The notes: a model not told the origin generated them from the sequence alone. A stretch of DNA of 64,000 nucleotides from an uncultured Thermoanaerobaculia bacterium (GCA_964609835.1 CAZSTH010000003.1:10101-74100), one strand, 5' to 3'. Counted from the stretch's first letter, positions 17,700 through 27,106 are shown. Made by a program: numbers and translations.

Positions 17700-18928
17700 C
17701 ATGGGCGGTGTTTCGGACCATGATCTCCGGCCTGGCGAGGGATCGCGCGGCCCTCGCCATGAGCTTCCTGCTGCCGGCGGTGTTCTTTCTGATCTTCGCG
17801 GCGATCTTCTCGAGCGCCACCGGCGAGCAGCTGCGCCTCGACGTGGCCGTCGCCGAGGAGGTCAAAGATGAAACCTCGGGCCGGCTTCTCCGGGCCCTTG
17901 CCGGGGACCGGGCTCTCGCCCTGATCGGCGATGGCGACCTCACGCCGGACCAGGTCCGCGACTGGGTGCGGCGGGGGACCGCTGACGTCGGGCTGATCGT
18001 TCGTGCCGGGGGCGAACCGCTGGACTCGCTCGGCGGCTTCGGTCCGGCGCCGCTGGTCGTGGTTTCCGATCCGGTGCGCGGAGTCGCGGTGCCCATGCTC
18101 AAGGGTCGTATCCAGAAGGCCTATTTCTCGGCGCTCCCCGATGTCGCTCTGGCCGGTGTCACAGGCTTGCTGGAGGACCAGTTCATCGAGCTCAGCGGCC
18201 GCCAGCGCGACGAGCTCGCCGCCGGCCTCGCCGAGCTGCGCGAGGAGGCCGTGAACGGCGAGCTCGTGGGCTGGGGCTTCGAGGATCTCTTCGAGGATGA
18301 GAGCGTCGCCGGGCGGTCGGCGGCAGAGAACCACGTCGCCTACTCCGCGGGAGCGGTCGCCATGCTCTTCCTGCTGTTCTCGGCGGTGCACGGGGCCATC
18401 AGCCTGATCGAGGAACGCGATTCAGGCATCCTTGACCGAATCCTCGCTGGGCCGGGGAGGATCGCCGTCCTCGTCAACGGCAAGTTTTTGTTCCTGGTCG
18501 CCTTGGGTTTCGTCCAGGTCGGGGTGATCTTCGCGATCGCGTGGCTCGTCCACGGCGTCGATCTGCCGGGCCACATCGCACCTTGGGCGGTCACGACCCT
18601 GCTGGCGTCCGCCGCGGCCGGTGCGCTCGCGCTGCTGGTGGTTTCCGCCTGCAACACCAAGCGCCAGGCCCAGACCCTGTCCAACGTTGCCATCCTCGTG
18701 ATCTCGGCAGTCGGCGGCAGCATGGTGCCGAGGTTCTTCATGCCGCAGTGGGTGCAGGATGCCGGGTGGCTGACACCGAATACCTGGGCGCTCGAGGCCT
18801 ACACCGGGATCTTCTGGCGGGATGCGCCGGTGCGGGAGCTGCTGCTGCCGTGGCTGATGCTGACGCTGGTCGCGGCTGCGGCCCTGTGGTTGGCGCGGAG
18901 AATGGCTCGACGGCTGGAAATTCTCTGA
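17696..18928 (+). CDS. ABC-2 type transporter permease
   Basis: The ATG overlaps the ATPase stop (ATGA). N-terminal TM, large extracytoplasmic loop, and five C-terminal TMs, typical of ABC-2 permeases. Confidence 0.8.
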   Translation: MTWAVFRTMISGLARDRAALAMSFLLPAVFFLIFAAIFSSATGEQLRLDVAVAEEVKDETSGRLLRALAGDRALALIGDGDLTPDQVRDWVRRGTADVGLIVRAGGEPLDSLGGFGPAPLVVVSDPVRGVAVPMLKGRIQKAYFSALPDVALAGVTGLLEDQFIELSGRQRDELAAGLAELREEAVNGELVGWGFEDLFEDESVAGRSAAENHVAYSAGAVAMLFLLFSAVHGAISLIEERDSGILDRILAGPGRIAVLVNGKFLFLVALGFVQVGVIFAIAWLVHGVDLPGHIAPWAVTTLLASAAAGALALLVVSACNTKRQAQTLSNVAILVISAVGGSMVPRFFMPQWVQDAGWLTPNTWALEAYTGIFWRDAPVRELLLPWLMLTLVAAAALWLARRMARRLEIL

Positions 18929-18960
18929 TCGAGCCGCCGGGTTAGGGCGAGGGGAGGCTC

Positions 18961-19494
18961 GTGGTGGTCTGGATACAAATCGGGATCGTCGTGGCGACCG
19001 TGGTGGCGATGGAGGGCATCGCATACCTCATGCACAAGTACCTCATGCACGGCCCCCTGTGGTTCCTCCACGAATCGCACCACGTGCGGCGAAAGGGCCG
19101 CTTCGAGCTCAATGATCTGTTCGGGGTGTTCTTCGCGATCCCCTCGGTCATCCTGATCTACCTCGGGACCCATGGAGCGCCGGTGTTGCTCGCGGTCGGT
19201 CTCGGTATGACCGCCTACGGCATCATCTACTTCGGCTTCCACGATGTCATCGTTCATCGCCGGGTGCCGCACGGTGTGCGGCCAGGGAGCGGGTACCTGC
19301 AGCGCATCATCAAAGCCCACCGCATTCACCATGCCACGCGCAGCAGAGACGGTGCGGTGTCGTTCGGCTTCATCTACGCGCCGCCGATCGAGAAGCTGGT
19401 CGCGAAACGCGAACGAGTGAACCCATCGTCCTCGTTCGAACCACAGAGCCGCGGAGCGCACAGAGCGGCACCGAGCATCAGAAAATCTCTGTGA
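18961..19494 (+). CDS. crtZ: beta-carotene 3-hydroxylase
   Basis: His boxes HKYLMHG..LHESHH, HDVIVH, HRIHH. About 175 aa. GGGGAGG RBS before the GTG. Confidence 0.85.
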   Translation: MVVWIQIGIVVATVVAMEGIAYLMHKYLMHGPLWFLHESHHVRRKGRFELNDLFGVFFAIPSVILIYLGTHGAPVLLAVGLGMTAYGIIYFGFHDVIVHRRVPHGVRPGSGYLQRIIKAHRIHHATRSRDGAVSFGFIYAPPIEKLVAKRERVNPSSSFEPQSRGAHRAAPSIRKSL

Positions 19495-20488
19495 ATCGCT
19501 CTGGGATCTCTGGGTCTCTATGGTGATCGTTCGTCGATGAACGGTTTGAGGACCTGACAACCGGTCGTGTCCAGAGTCCACTTCGTGGCGCCGCGTCCGG
19601 CCCCGGCCCCCAGGCCGTGGCCGTCAGCGCCCGCATGCCGCCGCCGAGCGCGAGCAGCAGCTTACGCCCCTTGCCGGTCGAGGCGCGCCGGTCCCAGGCA
19701 GCGGGACCGCGCTTCAGAATCAGGCGCCCGATGTCGCGGTAGACCGCGCGCGCGGCGGCGATCGCCCACGCCGAACGGAACGGCAGCCGCGCGATGCCGG
19801 CACGGGCCGAGTCGTAGTAGCGTTCGGCCTCCGCCAGTGCCCGCTGGGCGACCCCGGCGAGCGCGCTGCGGTGAGCTTCACCGGCGACATCGTCGACCGG
19901 AATGCCGGCCGTCGCGAGCCAGTCCTCCGGCAGGTACACGCGGCCGACCTCCGCGTCCTCGACCACGTCGCGACAGATGTTCGTGAGCTGGAACGCGATG
20001 CCGAGGTCGGTTGCCCGGTCGAGGGTCGGCTCGTCGCGAACGCCCATGACGTAGGCCATCATCACCCCGACCACACCCGCCACGTGGTAGCAGTACTCGA
20101 GTGTGTCATCGAGGTTCCGGTAGCGGCGTCCCGCAACATCCATGTCGAAGCCGGCGAGGTGCTCGAACGGGTAGCGATCGGGAATCTCGTGACGGAGCAC
20201 CACGCGCTGCAGGCCTGCGAAGGCCGGCTCGAGGTCGGTGGCACCGTCGAGCGCCCGGCGGGTTGCCTCGCGCAGACCTTCGACGCGCGCGCGAGCCTCT
20301 TCGCCGCCGATCCTGCGAGCACCGAAACCGAGCTCCTGGTCGTCGGTCTGGTCATCGCAGTGGCGGCACCATGCGTAGAGCAGCGAGGCGCTGGCGCGGG
20401 TGGCGGGGTCGAAGAGGCGTGAAGCTGCCGCGAAGCTCTTCGAGCCCTTTTTGATCACGGTGTGGCTCTGCCGCACGAGCTCGTCCAT
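19478..20488 (-). CDS. crtB: phytoene synthase
   Basis: SKSFAAASRLF, YAWCRHCDDQTDD, YCYHVAGVVG, NICRDVVEDAEVGRVYLP. ATG at 20488. The 3' end overlaps the crtZ 3' end by 17 bp (convergent). Confidence 0.9.
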   Translation of the reverse strand: MDELVRQSHTVIKKGSKSFAAASRLFDPATRASASLLYAWCRHCDDQTDDQELGFGARRIGGEEARARVEGLREATRRALDGATDLEPAFAGLQRVVLRHEIPDRYPFEHLAGFDMDVAGRRYRNLDDTLEYCYHVAGVVGVMMAYVMGVRDEPTLDRATDLGIAFQLTNICRDVVEDAEVGRVYLPEDWLATAGIPVDDVAGEAHRSALAGVAQRALAEAERYYDSARAGIARLPFRSAWAIAAARAVYRDIGRLILKRGPAAWDRRASTGKGRKLLLALGGGMRALTATAWGPGPDAAPRSGLWTRPVVRSSNRSSTNDHHRDPEIPERFTEIF

Positions 20489-20496
20489 GGCTGCCT

Positions 20497-21993
20497 TCAG
20501 CGTTCGCTGCCCAGCAGGTCGGGGATCATCAGCCCGGCAGTCGCCTTGGCCGAGTTGACGACGCCGGGAACCCCGGCCCCGGGATGCGTTCCCGCTCCGG
20601 CGAAGTAGAGCCCCCCGATCCTGCGGTCGCGGTTGTGGACGCGGAACCAGGCACTCTGGGTGAGGATCGGCTCGAGTGAAAAGGCCGACCCGAGGTGCGA
20701 ATTGAGCACGTTCTTGAAATCGTCCGGAGTAAGGATTCGGACGGTTTCGAGATCGGATCCGAGGTTCGGGATGTACCGTTCTTCCAGGTAGTCGAGGATC
20801 CGGTCGCGGTAACGCGGCCCCTCCTCGCTCCAATCGATAGGTGCATTGCCGAGATGCGGGACCGGTGACAGCACGTAGAAGGCCTCGCAGCCCTCCGGCG
20901 CGACCGAGGGGTCGGTGAGCGTCGGTGCGTGCAGGTAGAGAGAGAAGTCGTCAGCGAGGCCGCGGCTGCCGAAGATGTCGTCGAGCAGGCTCTTGTAGCG
21001 GGGTCCGAAGATGATGTCGTGGTGGGCGAGCCGGGTGTGGCGGCGCCGAACCCCGAAGTAGGCCACGAAGAGCGACATGCTGAAGCGCTTGCGCTCGAGC
21101 CGGTTCGCCTCCTGTTGCGCCGCAGGGTGATCCTCGAGGAGCGTCCGGTAGGTGTGGATGACGTCGGCATTGGAGGCGACGGCATCGAAGTCGGCGCTCC
21201 AACCGTCGGCCGTGCTGAGCCCGGTGACCCGTCCGTTGGCGGTGTGAATCCTCTCCACTGGAGCGTTGAGCCGCACCTCGCCGCCGAGCTCCTCGAAGAG
21301 GGTGACCATCGCGCGGACCAGCGCACCGGTGCCGCCCTTGACGAAGAACACGCCCCAATTGCGTTCGAGGTAGTGGATTAGGGTGTAGATGGACGAGGAG
21401 GTGAAGGGATTGCCGCCCACCAGCAGCGGATGGAAGCTGAAGACCTGGCGCAGCGACTCGTCCTTGATGAATTTGGAGATGATGGAGTAGACGCTGCGGT
21501 AGCTCTGCAGCCGCATCAGCTGCGGCGACACCCGGATCATGCTCCAGAAGTCGAGAAACGGTGTTGCCGCGAGCTTGGTGTAGCCCTCGTGGAAGACGTC
21601 CTCGGCGTAGTCGAGAAACCGCAGGTAGCCGTCGACGTCGGCCGGGTTGCGCTCCGCGATCTGCGCGGTGATGGCCTCCATGTCGTTGGAGTAGTCGAAG
21701 CTCGTGCCGTCCTCCCAGTACAGCCGGTAGAACGGCATGACGGGCAGCAGCGTCGCGTAATCGTAAAGGTCGCGGCCGGCGGCCGCGAAGACCTCCTCGA
21801 TGCTCGGAGGTGCGGTGATGATGGTCGGGCCGCCGTCGAAGCTGTAGCCCTTGTCCTCGTAGACGTAGGCGCGGCCGCCGGGCTTGTCCCGTTTCTCGAT
21901 CAGGGTCGTGTCGATGCCCGCGGCCTGGAGCCTCACCGCCAAAGTGAGGCCTCCGAAGCCGCTGCCGATCACGGCTGCTCTGGGGCGAGTCAT
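20497..21993 (-). CDS. crtI: phytoene desaturase
   Basis: N-terminal VIGSGFGGL FAD motif. About 498 aa. C-terminal GAGTHPGAGVPGV. Confidence 0.9.
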   Translation of the reverse strand: MTRPRAAVIGSGFGGLTLAVRLQAAGIDTTLIEKRDKPGGRAYVYEDKGYSFDGGPTIITAPPSIEEVFAAAGRDLYDYATLLPVMPFYRLYWEDGTSFDYSNDMEAITAQIAERNPADVDGYLRFLDYAEDVFHEGYTKLAATPFLDFWSMIRVSPQLMRLQSYRSVYSIISKFIKDESLRQVFSFHPLLVGGNPFTSSSIYTLIHYLERNWGVFFVKGGTGALVRAMVTLFEELGGEVRLNAPVERIHTANGRVTGLSTADGWSADFDAVASNADVIHTYRTLLEDHPAAQQEANRLERKRFSMSLFVAYFGVRRRHTRLAHHDIIFGPRYKSLLDDIFGSRGLADDFSLYLHAPTLTDPSVAPEGCEAFYVLSPVPHLGNAPIDWSEEGPRYRDRILDYLEERYIPNLGSDLETVRILTPDDFKNVLNSHLGSAFSLEPILTQSAWFRVHNRDRRIGGLYFAGAGTHPGAGVPGVVNSAKATAGLMIPDLLGSER

Positions 21994-23186
21994 GATCCTG
22001 CCTCCTCATTCGCGTGCTGGGTTGATTGCCGTCGCCTGGCCGGGCTCGGTTCGACCACGCACCGGAGTGCGCGGAGGATCGGGACCGGCGGCTTGCCGAT
22101 CAGCACCCGCAGCTTGTCGATCCATCCCAACCGCCCGGCGTAGAACCTCTCGATGAGCCCGCCGGGAAGCCCGTAGAAGCGCTCGAAGATGCGGTAGCGC
22201 TGATTCGGCTCGGCGGCCAGGAAGAGCATCCGGTTGAGGAGTCGGAAGTACGCGTTGCGGCGCCAGAGATCCAGCGACCTCCGTTGGCAGAGCCCGAAGA
22301 GGCTCGCAGCGTCGCGGACTCCCACCCGTGCGATCTCGTCGGCCAGGCGCACGGCTTCGAGCAGGGAGTATCCCGTGGTCGGGTGGAACAGCGCCGCGCG
22401 CATGCCGCTGCGGGGCACGTCGTTCGCTCCGTCGGACCAGAACGCTTGGATGTCACCGCCGAGCGTGATCGGCAGCACTCCGGCCTCCTCGCCCGTAATC
22501 TCGGCGATCCGCCACCCCCGGCGGTCGGCGTAGGCTCGAATGCCGTCGCGCAGGCGCTGGCGGTCGAGGGCGGTCGTGTCGCTGTAGTAGGTGTCCTCGA
22601 TCAGCAGCTCGCGGCCGCTGAACGGCAACGTGTAGACGAAGCGGTATCCGTCGCGCTGAACAACGGTGGCGTCCATCAGGATCGGCCCGGCGAGCCCGCA
22701 CTCCTCCTCCAGCCGCACGAAAAGGCCGACGAACTTCTGGTAGCGAACGTCGAGCCAGGAGCTGCCGGGGTGGCCGCGGCCATCGATGACGGCCCTGCCT
22801 CCGATCACCGTGCCGTCAGCGAGCGACACCGATGTCGGCTGGACGTCGACGATCTCGGCGTTGGTCAGCACGCGGTTGCCGAGAACGGCGCCGACCACGT
22901 GGTGGAGGCGGCTCGACGAGATCGAGTTGTACCCTCGCGGGATCACCCGGCGCCGTTCTGGGAAGTGCAGCTCGTGCTGCGGCCAGGAGTGGGCCACCAC
23001 AGGCGCCAGCCACGCCCGCTCCTGCGCGTCGAGATCGCTGTCGTGAAATGACCACGTGTGGTTGCCGCCGAGGGTGGGGCCGCGCTCGATGACCCGCAGC
23101 TCGATCTCCGGCCGTACGGTCGCCAGCCGGTACGCGATCAGGCTGTTGGCGAGCCCGCCGCCGGCCAGGATTAGGTCGAGGTTCAC
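21990..23186 (-). CDS. crtY: lycopene beta-cyclase
   Basis: DLILAGGGLANSLIAYRL, HTWSFH, FHPTTGYSL. The GTG start overlaps the upstream gene's stop (GTGA). Its own stop overlaps the crtI ATG (ATGA). Confidence 0.85.
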   Translation of the reverse strand: MNLDLILAGGGLANSLIAYRLATVRPEIELRVIERGPTLGGNHTWSFHDSDLDAQERAWLAPVVAHSWPQHELHFPERRRVIPRGYNSISSSRLHHVVGAVLGNRVLTNAEIVDVQPTSVSLADGTVIGGRAVIDGRGHPGSSWLDVRYQKFVGLFVRLEEECGLAGPILMDATVVQRDGYRFVYTLPFSGRELLIEDTYYSDTTALDRQRLRDGIRAYADRRGWRIAEITGEEAGVLPITLGGDIQAFWSDGANDVPRSGMRAALFHPTTGYSLLEAVRLADEIARVGVRDAASLFGLCQRRSLDLWRRNAYFRLLNRMLFLAAEPNQRYRIFERFYGLPGGLIERFYAGRLGWIDKLRVLIGKPPVPILRALRCVVEPSPARRRQSTQHANEEAGS

Positions 23187-23740
23187 CGATCCGCCGCCAG
23201 CCGCTCGACCTCGGCGGCCACGGTGGCCGCGAGTTGGGGATCGTGACGGCCCTCGAAGGCGGCAGCCAGCGTGCCATCGGCCCGCATCAGAAGGAGGTTG
23301 GGGCGGCTGGTGTCGAGCCCGAGGGTGGTGCTCCAAAATCCGTTCATGTCGATCAGCACCTGCACCTCCTCCGGCACCCGCTGGGCGAGCTTCTCCGCCA
23401 CCCGTTCGTAGGTCGTCGGCGGCTCTCGCGGCACGTCGGCGATCCGCAGGTAGTCGAGATCGCCGAAACGCCCGCGGAGGTCACGCTCCCAGACCTTGAG
23501 CGTGCGCAGGCGCCTGGCGTCCACCACCATGACCACTACCGGCCGGCCGCGATGGGCGGCGAGGCTGTCGGTGCCGCCCCGCAAATCACGAAGCTCGAGG
23601 GCGGCGAGCGGCTTCAACGACGGCTGCTCCGCGGCGGCGGTTGCGGCGAGGCAGGAGACGAGCAGCGCTCCGATCAGCCGCCGGTGCCAGGACCCGCCGT
23701 CCACCTCACGTCTCTGCGACGCTCTGCCGGCTCTCTTCAC
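23183..23740 (-). CDS. secreted thioredoxin-fold (TlpA/AhpC-like, no CXXC) protein translationally coupled to crtY
   Basis: Signal-like LIGALLVSCLAATAAA. The redoxin-like beta-alpha pattern (GRPVVVMVVD...) lacks an active-site Cys pair. Start uncertain (GTG 23740 or ATG 23809). Confidence 0.55.
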   Translation of the reverse strand: MKRAGRASQRREVDGGSWHRRLIGALLVSCLAATAAAEQPSLKPLAALELRDLRGGTDSLAAHRGRPVVVMVVDARRLRTLKVWERDLRGRFGDLDYLRIADVPREPPTTYERVAEKLAQRVPEEVQVLIDMNGFWSTTLGLDTSRPNLLLMRADGTLAAAFEGRHDPQLAATVAAEVERLAADR

Positions 23741-23910
23741 GTCAGAGAGGATTGTACTCCTGCCTTGAATCCGATCCCGATCCCGAACCCGCACGTCGCG
23801 CCTGCCCACGTCAGCCCGTCATGACGAATCCCGGGAACTGGCGACCTGGGAACGGTGTCATCGCCCGGCTGCTATCGTGGGACGAGGGAACTCCGAAGCC
23901 GGGAGGTTCG

Positions 23911-24396
23911 ATGGTCAATGATCTGCGCATCATCGCAGTGACCGGGTTCGTGTTGGTGCTCGCGTGTTCAGCGGTGCCGGTCGTCGCCGCCGACCGACCG
24001 CCGGCGATGATCGACGATCTGGCGTGGATCGCGGGTCACTGGCGGAGCACGGAAGGGGAGGCGGTCTCCGAGGAGGCGTGGTTGGCACCGCTCGGCGGTG
24101 TCATGCTGGGTGTCCACCGCGACGTGCTGCCGACGCGGGGGGCATTCTTCGAGTACCTGCGAATCGAAGAGCGCGGCGGGTCACTCGTGTACGTGGCGAG
24201 CCCTTTGGGGCGTGGCGCCACCGAGTTCTTCCTCGTTGAACAATGCGGGCCCTCGGTTGTTTTCTCCAACCCCGGCCACGACTTTCCCCAACGCATCGCG
24301 TACACCAGGGAAGGCGATCGGTTGACGGCGACCGTCGAAGGCGAGATGGACGGCGAGCTTCGTTTCGAGCAGTGGGTGTGGGAGCTGCTGCCGTAG
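23911..24396 (+). CDS. DUF6265-like secreted protein
   Basis: GGGAGG RBS. Signal peptide. Motif LAWIAGHWRS...EEAWL...GVMLG. Confidence 0.6.
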   Translation: MVNDLRIIAVTGFVLVLACSAVPVVAADRPPAMIDDLAWIAGHWRSTEGEAVSEEAWLAPLGGVMLGVHRDVLPTRGAFFEYLRIEERGGSLVYVASPLGRGATEFFLVEQCGPSVVFSNPGHDFPQRIAYTREGDRLTATVEGEMDGELRFEQWVWELLP

Positions 24397-24455
24397 CTTG
24401 ACGACGGCCGCGCGAGGGGAGAGTCTCTTGACGGGATCGAGATCGGGATCGGATC

Positions 24456-25295
24456 ATGGCGACCTGGGTCATCGGTGACATCCACGGCTGCTGGCAGACG
24501 CTGCAGTCGCTGCTCGAGCGCATGGAATGGCGCCCGGACCGCGACCGGCTGTGGCTGGTGGGCGATCTCGTCAACCGTGGTCCCTCGTCGCTGGAGGTGG
24601 TGCGCTGGGCGTGGGAGCACCGCGATCGCGTGGCGGCAGTCCTCGGCAACCATGACCTCCACCTGCTGGCGCGGGCGTCGGGAGCCGCCAGGAAGAAGAA
24701 GGACGACGTGCTCGAGGATGTCCTGCGGGCGCCGGACCGCGGCCGGCTCCTTGACTGGATGCGAGGCTGGCCGTTGGTTCATAGCTTCGGTCGGTACGTG
24801 GTCGTTCACGCCGGCTTCTGCCCCGAGTGGAACATCGAACTGACTCGGCGCCTGGCGGCCGCGGTGTCGGCGCGGTTGGCCGGCTCCGGTGGTGATCAAC
24901 TCCTGGCCTCCCTCTACCGTCGCCGCAAGAAGTCGTGGCGTCCGGGGCTCGAGGGTAGGGAGGCGCTGGCGTCGGCTGCCGCGGTCTTCTCGCGCATCCG
25001 CATGGTGGACCGAGGCGGCTCTGCGCGGCTTTCCTACAACGGGCCGCCGGGGTCGGCGCCCGCCGGCTGGAGCCCGTGGTTTCGGGACTCGGCAATCCGC
25101 CGCCAGGGCTACACCGTCATCTTCGGTCACTGGGCCATGTTCGGTTTCTATCGCGCTCGCGACGTCATCTGTCTGGACTCGGGGTGCGTGTACGGCGGAC
25201 GGCTGACAGCGATCCGCCTCGATGACGGCGAGGTCGTGCAGGAGCGGCTGGTGGACGAGGTCGCGATCGCGGGGGATGCCGAGGTGAAAACGTGA
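24456..25295 (+). CDS. apaH: bis(5'-nucleosyl)-tetraphosphatase (symmetrical)
   Basis: Calcineurin-like metallophosphatase motifs GDIHGC, GDLVNRG, GNHD, VHAG. Confidence 0.85.
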   Translation: MATWVIGDIHGCWQTLQSLLERMEWRPDRDRLWLVGDLVNRGPSSLEVVRWAWEHRDRVAAVLGNHDLHLLARASGAARKKKDDVLEDVLRAPDRGRLLDWMRGWPLVHSFGRYVVVHAGFCPEWNIELTRRLAAAVSARLAGSGGDQLLASLYRRRKKSWRPGLEGREALASAAAVFSRIRMVDRGGSARLSYNGPPGSAPAGWSPWFRDSAIRRQGYTVIFGHWAMFGFYRARDVICLDSGCVYGGRLTAIRLDDGEVVQERLVDEVAIAGDAEVKT

Positions 25296-25302
25296 GGAGA
25301 CG

Positions 25303-25800
25303 ATGAAGACACTGCTGGTGATGCGGCATGCCAAGTCCGACTGGGAGGCCGCCTTCAACGACGACCACGAGCGGCCGTTGGCATCGCGCGGCGTCAAGGC
25401 GGCCCGCCGCATGGGGCGGTTCGTCCGCGATGCAGGCACCGTGCCGGAGCTCGTGATCAGCTCGACCGCGGTGCGTGCCAGGACCACGGCGGAGCTGGCG
25501 GCCGAAGCCGGCTCGTGGGGCTGCCCGCTCGAGACGGCCCGTGATCTCTACAGCGGCGGCGTGGAGCGCGTGGTCGAGCTGATGGCCCACGCCGATCCGG
25601 CCGTCGATCGGTTCCTGATCGCGGGCCACCAGCCGACCTGGTCGAGCCTGGTGGGCTGGTTGATCGGCGGCGGCAGGGTGCGCATGCCGACGGCCGCGGT
25701 GGCCTGCCTCGATCTCGCGATCGGTGATTGGGCCGCCCTGCGAGCCGGCAGCTGCGAGCTGCGCTGGCTTGCGATCCCGAAGATGCTGGGGGAGAGCTAG
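25303..25800 (+). CDS. sixA: SixA-type histidine phosphatase
   Basis: LVMRHAKS catalytic RHG-like motif. About 165 aa. Confidence 0.75.
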   Translation: MKTLLVMRHAKSDWEAAFNDDHERPLASRGVKAARRMGRFVRDAGTVPELVISSTAVRARTTAELAAEAGSWGCPLETARDLYSGGVERVVELMAHADPAVDRFLIAGHQPTWSSLVGWLIGGGRVRMPTAAVACLDLAIGDWAALRAGSCELRWLAIPKMLGES

Positions 25801-25907
25801 GAGCTTGCACCGAATAGACCCTCGACGAGAGCAAGGGTCTATCGGTAGGGTTTCTGCCGAGGGTTTTTTCGGCACAAGCTCCTACCGGGATTCGCTCTGC
25901 GAATCCC
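25798..25907 (+). other. cluster of nested hairpins immediately after sixA (possible terminator or structured RNA)
   Basis: Outer imperfect inverted repeat TAGGAGCTTGCACCG / CGGCACAAGCTCCTA. It encloses a 9-bp stem (25814-22/25834-42) and a 6-bp stem with a T6 loop (25855-60/25869-74). A 9-bp stem GGGATTCGC-TCT-GCGAATCCC follows at 25887-25907. Confidence 0.5.
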
Positions 25908-26075
25908 TGAAAACGGGACAGTTATTGCGGGGATCGGCGGTTTCTGGGGTGATTTCGCGTGCGAAGAAGGCTCAGGCGCCGCCTTACGCACTCGCGAGAT
26001 CAGGCTGGACGGTGAGGAGCTTGTGAAGGTTGTGACATAGGCAAACCAGGGTCCGCTCGGCGCGGACCTTCAGCC

Positions 26076-27021
26076 TGTCCGATGAACTGTGTAAGCGGGA
26101 GATGTGCTTGACTCAAGGGAGAATCCAATGATGGAGTCAAGCGAAATGGCGAGGAAGAAGAGGGACGATTCAGGGATTCCGACGGAGCTGCTCGACGAAC
26201 TGCTCAAGGACTACGAAAAGCCGGAAGACCTCCTGGGCAAGGACGGGATATTCGACCAGCTGAAAAAGGCGGTGATGGAGCGAGCGCTGGGGGCCGAGCT
26301 GACGGATCACCTCGGCTACGAAGAAGGTGATCCCACAGGGAAAGGCAGTGGTAATTCGCGCAACGGCTATGGCAGGAAGCGGGTGACCACCGACAGCAGC
26401 CAGGTTGAGATCGAAGTACCGCGCGACCGCGAGGGTTCATTCGAGCCCCGGCTGGTCCGTGAACGCCAGACCAGATTACCGGGTTTCGACGAGAAAGTGA
26501 TCTCGATGTACGCGCGCGGGATGACGGTACGAGAGATCCGAGGGCACCTTGAAGAGCTTTACGGAATCGGTGTGTCGCCGGATCTGATCAGCCGGGTGAC
26601 CGCCGAGGTTCTTGACGAGGTCAAGGCCTGGCAATCACGGCCGCTCGAGCGCCTGTACATGGTGGTGTTTTTCGACGCCCTTCGGGTCAAGATCCGCGAT
26701 GAGGGCGTGGTGCGAAACAAGGCGGTGTACCTCGCCCTGGGCGTTCGCCCCGATGGCATCAAAGAGGTTCTGGGCCTGTGGATCGAGCAAAACGAGGGGG
26801 CCAAATTCTGGCTTTTGGTCATGAACGAGCTCAAAAACCGCGGCGTCGAGGACATCCTGATCGCCGTAGTAGACGGGCTCAAGGGCTTCCCGGAGTCGAT
26901 CAACGCAGCCTTCCCAAAGACAACGGTGCAAACCTGTATCGTGCACCTACTGCGCCACAGCCTGAGTTTCATAGGCTCATGATCAACGGCACTGACCCGC
27001 CCTTACACAGTCCGCCGGACA
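26076..27021 (+). mobile_element. internally deleted IS256-family insertion sequence (both terminal inverted repeats retained)
   Basis: Left end TGTCCGATGAACTGTGTAAG (26076-95). The reverse complement of the right end is TGTCCGGCGGACTGTGTAAG (27002-21), 17/20 identical. The element is only about 946 bp and encloses a truncated transposase. Confidence 0.75.
26128..26982 (+). pseudogene. IS256/mutator-family transposase lacking roughly the C-terminal third
   Basis: MARKKRDDSGIPTELLDELLK...NSRNGY...REGSFEP...MYARGMTVREI...VFFDALRVKIR...CIVHLLRHSL, then an immediate stop. Full-length members are about 400 aa. Confidence 0.8.
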
Positions 27022-27033
27022 CGGCCGTACCCG

Positions 27034-27065
27034 GATTACTACGTAACTCTGTACCTGGCACCTAT
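27034..27065 (+). repeat. left copy of a 32-bp imperfect direct repeat bounding the Zn island
   Basis: GATTACTACGTAACTCTGTACCTGGCACCTAT here versus GATTCCTACGTAACTCCGTACCTGGGATCTAT at 39976-40007 (28/32, same orientation). Confidence 0.8.
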
Positions 27066-27106
27066 TCAGCGAAGTACAAGGTATCAGCGGTCGACTTGAC
27101 TTCGCG

